Position numbers and translations under genes: made by a program
Part shown: positions 48,612 through 60,200 of the stretch, one piece after another
How positions within the stretch are numbered: position 1 is the stretch's first letter
Layout of the letters: every line of letters begins with the position of its first letter
Notes under the pieces: model-generated
The model's database searches: none
What the model saw: only the letters and a program-made list of their open reading frames with translations
What the model was told of the DNA's origin: nothing
From: Lingula anatina
Lineage: Eukaryota > Animalia > Brachiopoda
Reading direction: 5' to 3'
DNA: 64,000 nucleotides
Assembly (NCBI GenBank): GCA_051362555.1
Contig: CM120640.1
Coordinates: 46,478,788-46,542,787, forward strand

Positions 48612-50000
48612 CTATTTGATATTTAGCTTTTCCAATACAGGCGGCATCCTCTTAATCAGTTCGTCCTTAAATGCCAACATTTTGTTATCCTTGTAGGGCA
48701 CCTTCAGCAATTTCTCACACTTGTTGGGTTCACCATCCAGGTTACAGTATATGCGATAATGCCGGAGATAACCATAATTTGGCGGAATATCAACTCGTGT
48801 AATATAACCGTTCAGCACACTACTGGTCACATGATGAGCGATACTGAGTGTTATATCAGCATTTATAATGCTTTTTGGGCTTTCCCAATCAATCCGTGTC
48901 CTTGTGTTATATCTCAGCATGTGAAGGTATTTGGGTACGTCTAAAGATTTGTCTGCACCAAATTCGTTCACGAAGAAACCGGCATGGAAAAGGTAACAAG
49001 AAACATTTGGATATGTCAAAAGCAAATACTTTTCAATATATTCTTTCCAGTTCGGATATTTGTCTTGGTACAACACTTCATCTATATCTTTGTTAATAAT
49101 ATATTTGCCGTCTGATGAATAGAGGCAATCATTCATGGAAAGTAGTTCGATTTGCCAGTTTTGATAGTAGTCAAAATGTGGAAATGTCCTGTTGAATACT
49201 TTTTTACAGAAGCGTTGTGGAAATGTGTGATCATCCACCTCAACAAAGCTTTGCTGGCTGTAATACTTCATCACGTCATTGCTTTTCCCCTGGACAGAGG
49301 AATTGTACATGTAGATCTTTTCTACGCCCATCAGTTTATTTGTTTCAATCCATTCTACCAATCTTACGGGATCGGGCTGTTTGTAAACAACCTTGTTGCA
49401 AATTACAGCCTTTGGTTTTCTTTGTGATAGATACGCTTGTTTTACTGGCACATAGTGAGTTGGCTTCCCACAGAGATCTTTTGTAATAGTTACCTGCGTC
49501 GGTACTCCGATTTTATCTGTTTTTGGCAACTTACATGATATTATCACACATAAATATTCTCCTCTGTTAGGATTCCAAATATCTCTCCCTTCGCCTTTTA
49601 TTGAGTAAGGGTTTCTGTAGCTATCATACCACAAAAGACAGTGCACCTCCTTCAGAAATGAGAACTCTTTCAATCGTATCATAGCGAGTATCCGCACGTA
49701 GGTGTCTCCTTTCAGAGCGAGTCTGTCATCAAAATAAGCTTTATGTAAATATAATCCTGGCGAATGTTGTTCGGAAATGAATTGAGGAACATAATCTGGA
49801 TCTCGGTCGTCAATTTTCAGTCTTGTTGTATTTTTACAGTAACTATGATTTGAGAACAATGGCGGTTCTGGTAGTGCCCTGTCACTTTTAGCGGGGCCAC
49901 GTGGAAAAAGCAGAAGCTCAAATAATTTCCAGACGAGATATATTACCATCAATTTCAAAATTACAGACTTCCATCTGGCGACAAACCTCATTATCCCCAT
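48612..50000 (-). CDS. Glycosyltransferase family 92 (GT-A fold, type II membrane; galactosyltransferase-like), 462 aa, single coding exon
   Basis: N-terminal signal anchor; AYFDDR; ICNKVVY; LVEWIETNKLMGVEKIYMYN; Q..SMNDCLY; DIDE (DxD); PKSII; HH; LRHYR. All are typical GT92/DUF23 motifs. Confidence 0.88.
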   Translation of the reverse strand: MGIMRFVARWKSVILKLMVIYLVWKLFELLLFPRGPAKSDRALPEPPLFSNHSYCKNTTRLKIDDRDPDYVPQFISEQHSPGLYLHKAYFDDRLALKGDTYVRILAMIRLKEFSFLKEVHCLLWYDSYRNPYSIKGEGRDIWNPNRGEYLCVIISCKLPKTDKIGVPTQVTITKDLCGKPTHYVPVKQAYLSQRKPKAVICNKVVYKQPDPVRLVEWIETNKLMGVEKIYMYNSSVQGKSNDVMKYYSQQSFVEVDDHTFPQRFCKKVFNRTFPHFDYYQNWQIELLSMNDCLYSSDGKYIINKDIDEVLYQDKYPNWKEYIEKYLLLTYPNVSCYLFHAGFFVNEFGADKSLDVPKYLHMLRYNTRTRIDWESPKSIINADITLSIAHHVTSSVLNGYITRVDIPPNYGYLRHYRIYCNLDGEPNKCEKLLKVPYKDNKMLAFKDELIKRMPPVLEKLNIK

Positions 50001-51267
50001 TTTTTCATCGATAATTTAAAGTTTCATCACGACAAAAATAATATAGGCCTACATGTACTACCGGTGCCCGGTGTCGTGGCAAAAGAATAGGACCTATTCA
50101 AGCAGTCGATAATGTGAAGGCCTACCAGATATATACGACTTGCCTGAGGATAAACACCAAAACACTACAGTAAAAAAAGAACGTTAATCCACGGTACATC
50201 CCCTCAGGCTACATGAGGTCGTCACTGAATATACAGCGATAACAGTAGTTACTATAGTAGGTACATCTGATAATATTAAACATTCACATTTTGTGACTGG
50301 ATTTTGTACCAGTACAGGTACATGTAAGTATCTCAACATCGTCAATTTAAAGTGGGCGGGAAAACTGCAAGCCTCTTCAACTCTCTTTTCCCACCCTTAC
50401 CCTACTCATATGTACATGTGCCCTCATTCATTTATACATGTATGTCCTTTTGACCTGCATTCTTCTGGGCGAAATTATCTGAAAACTTTTATTTGCAGAC
50501 CCTGTGTGATTAATACAAGTGTCGCAGTTGTTCTGTTCTATAGGTATTTTAATTAAATTGTCCTGAGGAAAAAAAAACATTATTTTCATATTAAAGATAC
50601 CCTATCCGAGGTTTTTGTCGGGGAAAAGGGAAGAAAAAACATATTGCTCGACCCGCCCTTGCTCTTATATCACAGTATCAGGACATCGGGCTGTATACAA
50701 TGTTGATACATGTAGACTAGATAATGTCTTCTGGACAATGTCAAACGTCTAGGCCCCTATACTTTTTATATCTTGAAAGTTAGGCCTATAATTATTTTAA
50801 TAATATTAAAATACTATTAAATATTTTTGCACAATTTAAGAAATATACAGGCACACAAGTATTTCTCCAGAAGCCGTTTTGTGTAATAGTTTGAACAATA
50901 AATAATTTTCACCTTATTTTTATAATGTTTAAAAAGTGTTTAGTGACATTCTTAAATGAACAACGCTCTGAGCACGATGGAGTTTATCACGAAAATTCAT
51001 GCGTTTGGCACTTTAACAAACTTTCTGATATTTAGGCTACTCACTAACGCATGTATTTTCGGGTAAGACGATCGACGTACAGCGACCGTGACACAATTGA
51101 CGTCTACGGGAACCGCCCTTTTCTACTCCTTGGAAAGTCTCCAAGACCCAACTTGCGACAGCCTGAGGCAACAAAAGAAAGCTAGAAGCTACATGGGCTG
51201 GATTCCTTGTTTTAAAACGTGGTAATAAGCTACCCTATACTAGGGCTGCAGATTTATACCAGTGTAC

Positions 51268-51385
51268 CATGAAAATGTGACTCCCCTAAAATGTGACTCC
51301 CCTGTCAGATTTTCATTATGAAAATGTGACTACCCAGTCAAAATTTTCATAATGAAAATGTGATTCCCCCCATAAAATTTCGACT
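51268..51385. repeat. Clustered 16-bp repeats (gaaaatgtgactcccc x~4), probable transposon subterminal array
   Basis: Direct reading. Confidence 0.55.
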
Positions 51386-51974
51386 GCCCCCCCAAAAAAC
51401 TTTATAAATCATTTTTTATTAGAGTATATGACTTCTACCTTGTTGTATGCATAATGGAGGATATATTGCACTTTTTGTTAGTTTGCAGGTGAAAATTTTC
51501 GTGAGAAATTAAGAAAATTAAAAATGTTTATTTTACTACCCTATGACCCCCCCATGAAAAAGTATATTTATCTAATATTTGGTGATCAGTTCAAAATCTT
51601 CCCTTTTAGTATACTTTGTGAAGAATATATTGAAAATATTTGAAAGTTTGATAGTGAAAAATTGGGTGCACTGTTCGCCCTCTAAAATACCAAGCCCCCT
51701 TCTAATAATCCTAGATCCGCCCCTGAAAAAAAAACAGTGAATATCTATTGAAAAATCAATCTGCGGTCATGGTAGAGGGTTAGAATACAGGAATACCAAT
51801 ATATCGTTGAAATATTTCTGGTTTTAAGCAGTTCTCTTTGCATATACAATGGAATTTAAGGACAGCAATTTATGTTGACCTGTGATACCGTCCCTTACAA
51901 TCCTCGTTCTCAAAAACACGAGTTAATTTGTAGGTGAAATGAAGCATAATTTGTATAATCTAAAGCGAGGCGGT

Positions 51975-52119
51975 TGCGCGGTGTTACACACTATCCAATA
52001 GATGGCGCATGCGTAGGCCATTATCATCCAATCAAAACAATCTCTCGTCAAAGCGTTGGACATTTAAACTACCGGAAGTTGAAGGTGCTTGCGGTGCTTG
52101 ATACATTGATATGACTGAG
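51975..52119 (+). promoter_or_regulatory. Putative KIF18 core promoter and non-coding first exon
   Basis: CCAAT at 51995 and 52028 (33 bp apart), NRF1-like GCGCATGCG at 52005, CHR-like TTTAAA at 52063, ETS CCGGAAGT at 52072, donor gag|gttagt at 52119/52120; acceptor ttctttag at 56358 just before the KIF18 ATG. Confidence 0.55.
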
Positions 52120-53463
52120 GTTAGTATATGTTCGGTTGAGAACGCCACGAAATACTTCAAAATTTTGCACGTGGGAATTTTTTCCCTTTTTTTTGACATG
52201 GGCATATGCAAATAAGATCGGCTGAATAAGTCCGAGCCCAGCAGGCACACAACGTTGATTCAACGTTGAATCAACGTTGATTCTCAACGTTGAATCAACG
52301 TTGAATTTATGTTTGAAAACGGAAGTTTGTGTCAACGTTGAAAAGTCAACGTTGAATCAACGTTGAAAAGTCAACGTTGAATCAACGTTGAAAAGTCAAC
52401 GTTGAATCAACATTGGCAATTCAACGTTGAATCAACGTTGGCAATTCAATGTTGTTTCAACATTAGAAATCTCAATTAACGTTGATTATATGTTGATTTA
52501 GCATTGATTATATCTTGATTTAACATTAAATAAAAGTTGAGACAAATAGCATTTTCAATGTCTTTATTTTGTCACTGCATAAAAGGAAAAATGCTGCTAA
52601 TTTAAGTAGTTAAAATATACATAGTTTACAACATAGCAATAATAAATAAAAAACTAAGAACAACACTTTTTTTTTTTACAAAACAAAGCTGCACATCGAA
52701 TCTGAACTAACACAAAAATTGTAATTAATTATGCATGTACATAGTGGGGGGGGGGGGGATTTTTGCACACCTTAACCTAAATTATACTATACATTGTGAT
52801 TTTTAAAGTAAATTATAATTCAAACATATCATTAATAATCATAATCACTAGTTCTGTAATAAATAAATCTTGAATAATGAATGAAAAAACATTGTTTTTT
52901 AGATGACAGAGAGTTCATTATAACAAAATTATAAATAACCATGCAGTAACTGTTTCAATTAAACTTGCATGCTGTCTACATACATGCAAACTCTGAAAAA
53001 AGAATTATGTATACCCCATAGATATAGATGTACAATAAAAAGACAATTACATGTGCACAAACACAAACCCCAGTATATTGTTGATGCTTTTGAATGAAAT
53101 TACATCATGAATAAAATCACTCAATGAGTTGAACCAGTTTGGAACACTTGTGCTTTTGTCATATCCACACCACTAAGAAATGATACATCAGGCTCCTTGA
53201 CAAGCTAATAATAATTAAAGGAATTAACAATGTAACAAGTACATCTACCAAATTAACAACAGCTCATTTAAATGTCAGGTAAAAACACAACATCCCTTCC
53301 TTTGTTAAAGAGAATTAAACTGTCCTTTCAAATATATGCTAATTGACAGTTCAGTCTTTAAATTGTCTTTTCAAACATTTGCAGAATAACATATGAACTC
53401 CAACTATAATTATTCTAACCACATTGAAAATTCTCAAATCTAATCAACTCATATCAAACCCTA

Positions 53464-53614
53464 CCCTCTACCAGGGCGACTGATAGATTTTTACGGATAT
53501 TCACAGATATGTCTCTAGCTAGATTAGTCACTTGGAGCTTAAAATGACAATCTATCTAGCTAGAGACATATCTGTGAATATCCGTAAAAATCTATCAGTC
53601 GCCCTGGTAGAGGG
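53464..53614. mobile_element. 151-bp fold-back MITE nested in the CACTA element
   Basis: ~61-bp perfect inverted repeat ccctctaccagggcgactgatag...ctagctagat / atctagctag...gccctggtagaggg; TA on both sides. Confidence 0.85.
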
Positions 53615-53639
53615 TAATCAAACCCCATGTCCCTTTCAC

Positions 53640-54525
53640 TACAATACTACAAATTCCACATGGTCTCTTTCTTTGTCTGCCTTTAAGTCACATTCAAATG
53701 CTCCCTTCACTTTAAAGGTTTCTCAGACGTGTCTGAATAATACTGTTTGTTTTGTGGTCCTCCACAAGAGCCTGAGACGCATTTTTTTTTCCTTGGATTG
53801 CAGCATTCCCCATGTATTTTCATCAATGATATTACAATATGCGCCTGAATCTGGTAATACAGCTAGTACACTGAGATTAATGCCGCCTATCTCTATTTCC
53901 ACCAAGTCTCAGTGTATATTGCATTGGTTACCCCACACCAAATGTATATGCACTCCTGGATTATCATGTTCATAACTGTCATATACATGAATATTAGTTT
54001 CAGTTTTGCAGACTTGTTGCACGTTCCATGTTTTCTCAGTCGGGGTGGTTTCTACTTCGTTTTTTCATGTCTGAACTCGTGGTGTTTAGACTGAGTTGGT
54101 TTGTCAAATGACTTCGGTTTTTAACATACTCACAGTTTCTGGAGTTGCACTTTCATTTAAAGCGTTAACAGTCTATGTGTATCCATGTTTCACACCTGCA
54201 ATATGTTTGGGAGAGTCATGAAAATATCTTGTACACGTCCCCCTGAATGCTACATCAGCGCGCGTCTCTTCTGACATGTATTTTTTAATTTTCTGTCTTT
54301 GTTCATTATTTCTTTTCGTCCGTTGGTTCTGAAACGATCAAACCTTTTCCGTCAGCAAATGATTTATCTCTCTCTTTCTCATCCTGCAAACTGTCTAGCC
54401 AGCGTGGCCCGTATTTCTACGGACTTCTGTACGCTTCGAATTTCGTAATTTCACGTTTTTCCTCCATTTTCTCAAAGAAAGTTGGCTCGTAGTTTTGCAC
54501 TAAAGTTAATCCTCGTCTCCAGTGT
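53640..54525 (-). mobile_element. Decayed Ty3/Gypsy gag-protease fragment inside the CACTA element
   Basis: VEIEIGGINLSVL..PDSGAYCNII (retropepsin DSGA); PBS-like ca|ctggagacgagg (cf. Gypsy TGGCGACGAG) at ~54509-54521; Cys/His remnants at ~54100-54200. Confidence 0.6.
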
Positions 54526-54944
54526 TGATACCTTCGAATTATATCGCATCACGAATCGAATCAATCAACGAATTGTATCAGTTTCATACGCCTGTGCTTC
54601 TTCGTATCCACAACTCTAAAAACGCTACATCCGGGTACTTGACCGGCTTGTCATAAAAAGCGGAATTTAAGAATAGCGGAACGAGTACTTAGCTCTAAAA
54701 AGTTAACAGTTCATTCAAATGTCAAGTCCAATTTATATCAAATAGTGCAAATATGATGAGGGGACTTTGAAGAAAAGAGAAAAAGAGAGAGATAAATCAA
54801 AATTGATCAAATGACGTGTGTTCAATGCATTCAACTCACTTGTCAATAAAAAAAAATAGACAAAAATTAAATAATTAAAATAATAAAATAAATAAAAAAT
54901 AAATGACATCACCAAATATTGGCTTGATGGCAATATATATATAT

Positions 54945-54997
<53 letters not shown>

Positions 54998-55309
54998 GAC
55001 AGATTTGTCTGTATAGGCTTCAAATAACTGTCACCTGCGGTCTGTCGTCGCGGTCGGCATGCATACTGTCTCAAGTTCAAATGCAAAAACTGAATCCATG
55101 TTGAATTAACATCTTTAACTAATTATAAGTTACCTCCTGAATAGTCATTATGTTAACTTGAAATGCCAAAGTTGAATCAATGTTAAAACCTGACCAAAAA
55201 ATCAATGTTGGGAGGAATAATTGAATCAATGTGAAAAATTTACTCAAACATCAACATTCAAAAATGCAAGTTGAATAAGGTTGAAATAATGTAGGTTTAT
55301 CAACTCAAT

Positions 55310-55660
55310 CTTACTTCAAAGTTGAATCAATGTTGACATGCCAACGTTGAATTTGTTGTCGTTGAATCAAAGTTGAATCAATGTTGAAATGCCAACGTTG
55401 AATTTGTTGTCGTTGAATCAAAGTTGAATCAACGTTGAAATGCCAACGTTGAATTTGTTGTCGTTGAATCAACGTTGAATCAACGTTGAAATGCCAACGT
55501 TGAATTTGTTGTCGTTGAATCAACGTTGAATCAATGTTGAAATGCCAACGTTGAATTTGTTGATGTTGAATCAACGTTGAATCAACGTTGAAATGCCAAC
55601 GTTGAATTTGTTGTCGTTGAATCAACGTTGAATCAACGTTGAAATGCCAACGTTGAATTA
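55310..55660. repeat. 51-bp tandem repeat (~6.5 units), right subterminal array of the CACTA element
   Basis: gttgaatcaacgttgaaatgccaacgttgaatttgttgtcgttgaatcaa(a/c) repeated; this explains the spurious repetitive ORF 55311-55625. Confidence 0.92.
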
Positions 55661-56365
55661 TGGTTGTTGAATCAACGTTGATTCAACGTTTATCAACGTC
55701 TCAACATAAATTCAACGTTGATTCAACGTTGAATCAACGTTGTGTGCCTGCTGGGAGCTCAGTTAATATAAGTTTAGCAGCCACAACTTGGTGGGAGACT
55801 GACCTGATGAGCAGTCCTGTGCAGAAGTCAACTCAGCATCTGTGCTTGCAGCTATGTTTTATGTTGTGTTTTATGGGTTCATTTTGAACGAGCAAAACCC
55901 ACATATTTAAATATTCAGTACACATATTCTTATGTGTGCTATGTTAAACTATGTGTAAAAAAGACAAAATGCCAGAATTTATCTCTCTACTAAACGTACT
56001 TTCGACTACAGACTCCTAACCGCCTTGAAGATCTAGTCCACGTTTTCTGACTGAGGCACTCTTATTTGGGCCTTATCTATGGTGTAATTTTTAAATTCTA
56101 GTGAACCCTATGCTCATGGATGGATAAAGTTATTCTTTGCTTTGCAGCAACAGTTTTATTAGAATATCATGGTAGTTGGTACTGATCAATGCATTTCTAA
56201 AGTCAGTTTGTTTCTTCTTAAACTTAATCATATATGTTATGAGCATACTCGAGTTTGTCACAAAATTGCTATATTTTTAAGTTGTAACTCCCAGTGGTTA
56301 TCCCATTTGCTACAAGAGAAGTTGTTATATTTAAAATAAACTTATTTTTGTTCTTTAGCAATAGC

Positions 56366-59300
56366 ATGGCTCAACATCCAAATCGCAAACGTCCATTCAG
56401 CTCTGTTTCTGGTGCCAACATGGGTGGGGAGCAGGGCATGACTGAAGAGCAGGCAATTAACAGTAATGTTAAGGTTGTTGTCAGAGTGAGACCTGAAAAT
56501 GCCAAGGAGAGAGATGGAGGTTACAATAATATAGTACGAGTCATGGACGAACAGGTGTTGGTTTTTGACCCAAAAGAAGACCATGGATCTCCTGATTATT
56601 ACCATGGAAAAAGGAGAAAGAGGCGAGATATCATGAAAAGACAAAATAAAGATATGAGGTATGCCTTTGACAGGGTATTCGGTGAATATGCCACAAACCA
56701 AGAAGTCTATGAGAACACCACGATGAAGATTTTGGATGGATTCATGGATGGTTATAATTGTTCAGGTATATATTTGATTGTCATATGCTAGAATACACAG
56801 AATAACATCTCACTCAACAATTCAGGCTTTACCTCAAGTTCTTTGTAGCCTACATATTCTCATGATTTTGTATAGTGCTAACTGATGTGTTCAAAAGGGT
56901 TTATTTTTGGTTTGATATGAGTTTTATTAAATCACTATCACTGTTCAAAAGTGCATTTTTATGCAAAATGAAAAACATGCTTGTAAATGACAGCTCTGTA
57001 TAAGAAACCAGAAAAAAAACTGGGCTTGATTAGTTATGGTTTGTATGTACTGAAATTGAGCACATTGAACAAGTCTGAAATTTCATTTATCATCCAGTGC
57101 CATAATCTTGTACTAGTTTGTGAAAAGCTTTTCTTCTGTCTCCATGATCTCCTAAAATAGTTTCAAATACATGTCTGAAAACATGTTAAATGTATGATTT
57201 TTATGTTAGTGTTTGCCTATGGAGCCACTGGGGCAGGTAAAACCTTCAGTATGCTTGGCAGTCCAAGCAGCCCTGGAGTAATCTTCCTTACTATGATGGA
57301 GCTGTACAGGAGAATAGAACTGATGAAGGAAGAGAAGATATGTGATGTGGCTGTTTCTTACTTGGAGGTATGTTCTCAATAGGTATATCGTCCATTTCCC
57401 CTTCACAGTTGGAGGGGGAAAACAGTTGGGTGTTATTCATGGGAGAAAGTTGGGTGTTGTTAGTTCACCTCTTTTTTATCTTTACTGATGACGGCACTGA
57501 TGTTTTTTAGTGACATACACATATTGTATTTCTGATTTGGAATTTAACACCAAAAATTATTTGATATCTCAGCCTACATTTTTAGTTGAACTTAAAAGAG
57601 TGTACATTTTGAAAAGTATACATGATTTTATTGAAGGTCTCTGATTTCATTGAAGGTGTATAATGAGCAGATCCGTGACTTACTCATGCCATCAAACCCA
57701 CTGCCCATCAGAGAAGATCCAGCAAAAGGAGTAGTAGTGGCAGGGTTGTCTCTGCACAAGGTATGGTTTGTAGCAGTTAATTCAGTTTTCTTATCAGTAG
57801 TCTATCAACATTTACTATTTAATTACTTTTTTATATATTCGTTTGACAAGAAAGTAACAGCAAAAAAAGTTGAATAGCAATCCAGCTGTTTGTTTTCATT
57901 AAAAACATTAATGGTACTAGAAATTGCAATGAAATTAATTCAGGAAAATTAACAAAATGTTCTAATTTTGATAGAGGAAAGGCATAAAAAAATTGTTAAC
58001 TTTCCTTATCTAGCCAAAGACTGCAGATGAGTTGATGTATATGTTGGACTTTGGTAATCAGAATAGAACACAACATCCCACGGATGCTAATGCAGAGTCC
58101 TCCAGATCACATGCTGTATTCCAGGTGAGACATAGTTTGTTGTGATTCATTTATTGAAAATTATTCTTTGTGAATTTTTGAACCATTTAATAATGATATC
58201 AGTACTCAGTATACACTTACAAAAGCGATGTGGTTCATTAGCCTAGGTCTCATTGAATACTGTATAAAATGTAATTCAAATGACTGGACTGTGAGTGAAG
58301 TCCCTTATATTTAAAATTTTAGGTATTTGTAAGACAGAAGGACAGAACGGCCAACATCTCAACAGATTTCAGAGTGGCCAAAATGTCACTGATTGACCTG
58401 GCAGGATCAGAGAGGGCCACAGTGACCACTAACAGAGGGGCCAGATTTAGGGAAGGGGCAAATATCAATAGGTCTCTCCTTGCACTTGGCAACTGTATCA
58501 ATGCACTGGCTGATGGGAAGGTAGGTATTGAGATTGTTAAAATAGTAAACATATTCTTAAATTGGGTTTATAATTAATGTTATTTTATCTCCTTTTGTTT
58601 ATTTATTTATTTATTTTTTGTCTGAATTAATGATGCTTTAAAAATGTTTTTAAATATACTTGTCATATGCAAATAATCATCACTTATGGTATAGTCGTTT
58701 TTTTTAGATCTGATATTAGTTATTTTACTGTCAGGTCAAGGGCCAGCATGTTCCATACAGGAATAGCAAGTTGACACGTTTGTTGAAGGATTCACTTGGT
58801 GGAAACTGCAGAACTGTCATGATTGCTGCAGTAAGGTGAGGGTCTTTCTTACTTGCATACTTAAACATAAAAGTAATAGTTGCTTTCATTTTTTTCAACA
58901 TAGTTTACTTTCCTTATTATTGGTATGCTTTCCCAAAACCAAGTGTATTGTGGAGTATACTTTGAATTCCAATTCTTAGTAGAAGGGACTGGATTAAAAA
59001 AAAGTAGTTGTCTTTTTTGAGCATTTTAAACAATTTACAAATAACTGCCAACCATCCTGCAAATTAAAAATAAATATTTTAATATTTATTAAAATATATT
59101 GATGTAAATATTTATTAAATTGTATTGACATTAAAATGCATTGATGTTGCCCAATTTCAAATTACAGTACTTGTTTCAGATCTTAGATAAATTGTTCAAT
59201 TAATTGTTGTATGCAATTTGTTTCTGTTTTTAGCCCTTCAGCTATGACATATGATGACACCCATAACACCTTGAAATATGCAAACAGAGCCAAAAACATT

Positions 59301-60166
59301 AAGGCTTCAGTAAGTATTCAGATGGAGTTGCTATATTTTTTCATGTGTGATGCATATTCTGTTCTTTCTTGTAACATATCAAATTGCTGATGAAGTGTGG
59401 TACATCCATGTGCACACTTTAGTTATGTTTACATTTATTCAGAAGCAAGTAGTTTTTTCATAAAAAGTTTTCATTTGTAGCTTTTTAATTCCAATTATGA
59501 CATTTTTAAGTACAGCAAAGCACACATACATAACTTCTTTCTCAACATGTGTTATGTTTCAGTTAAAGAGAAACGTTGTTAGTGTGGATTTCCATATTAG
59601 CAAGTATGCACAAATATGTGAGGATCTACGAAAAGAGGTAAGTAGCTGTTAAAATTCAAGAGATGAATAGTATGAACACTGTTGGTTTAACTTTCTTATT
59701 TTTGGGTCAAAAAAGTATTGTATAAACATTTAAACGTTACTAGCCTTTTGGGAAATGAAATTGGACCTTTTGCTGATGTCATTTGACAGTTGGAAGCATA
59801 ACTGCCACAACAAAAAAGAAAAAAGGAAAAATAAAGAGAGTGAAAAGGGTGAAAAAACTTTACAGAAAAAACTATGTAACATATTTAAGTAGACCTTTAC
59901 AAGGTTTTACAAATGAATGTGAAATGTTTTATTGCAGGTTGCTGAGTTGAAAGAAAAGTTGAAAAATTATGAAGAAGGAAGTGTAGAACCTCCAGCTAAG
60001 AAAGCAGCAGTGGATACTGCTTTCCAAGATAACATTGAGAGGTAACTCTTGGAATAAAATGTTGAGAAATTATTTTTATAAACTGACAGATTTTTTTAAA
60101 AACAATAGTGAAGTGAATATCATTAGGGATTTAAATTGCTTTTGTTAATGTTGGTTTTTGCAGAAC

Positions 60167-60200
<34 letters not shown>

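Larger units (their letters stand above)
52237..55755. mobile_element. CACTA/EnSpm (CMC)-type non-autonomous DNA transposon, 3.5 kb
   Basis: Long TIR cccagcaggcacacaacgttgattcaacgttgaatcaacgttga / tcaacgttgattcaacgttgaatcaacgttgtgtgcctgctggg; 2-bp TSD ag; subterminal arrays of the TCAACGTTGA palindrome. Confidence 0.88.

Noticed and set aside
52250-52460. Palindromic TCAACGTTGA array as CRISPR or an enhancer cluster
   Set aside because: It is the left TIR and subterminal repeats of the same transposon.
53532-53975. 147-aa plus-strand ORF
   Set aside because: Spans a MITE arm and the antisense strand of the decayed Gypsy protease.
55311-55625. Repetitive ORF (IQRQQIQRWHFNVDSTL)n and CRISPR-like appearance of the array
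   Set aside because: A 51-bp head-to-tail repeat with no unique spacers and no cas genes; it is the subterminal array of the CACTA element.
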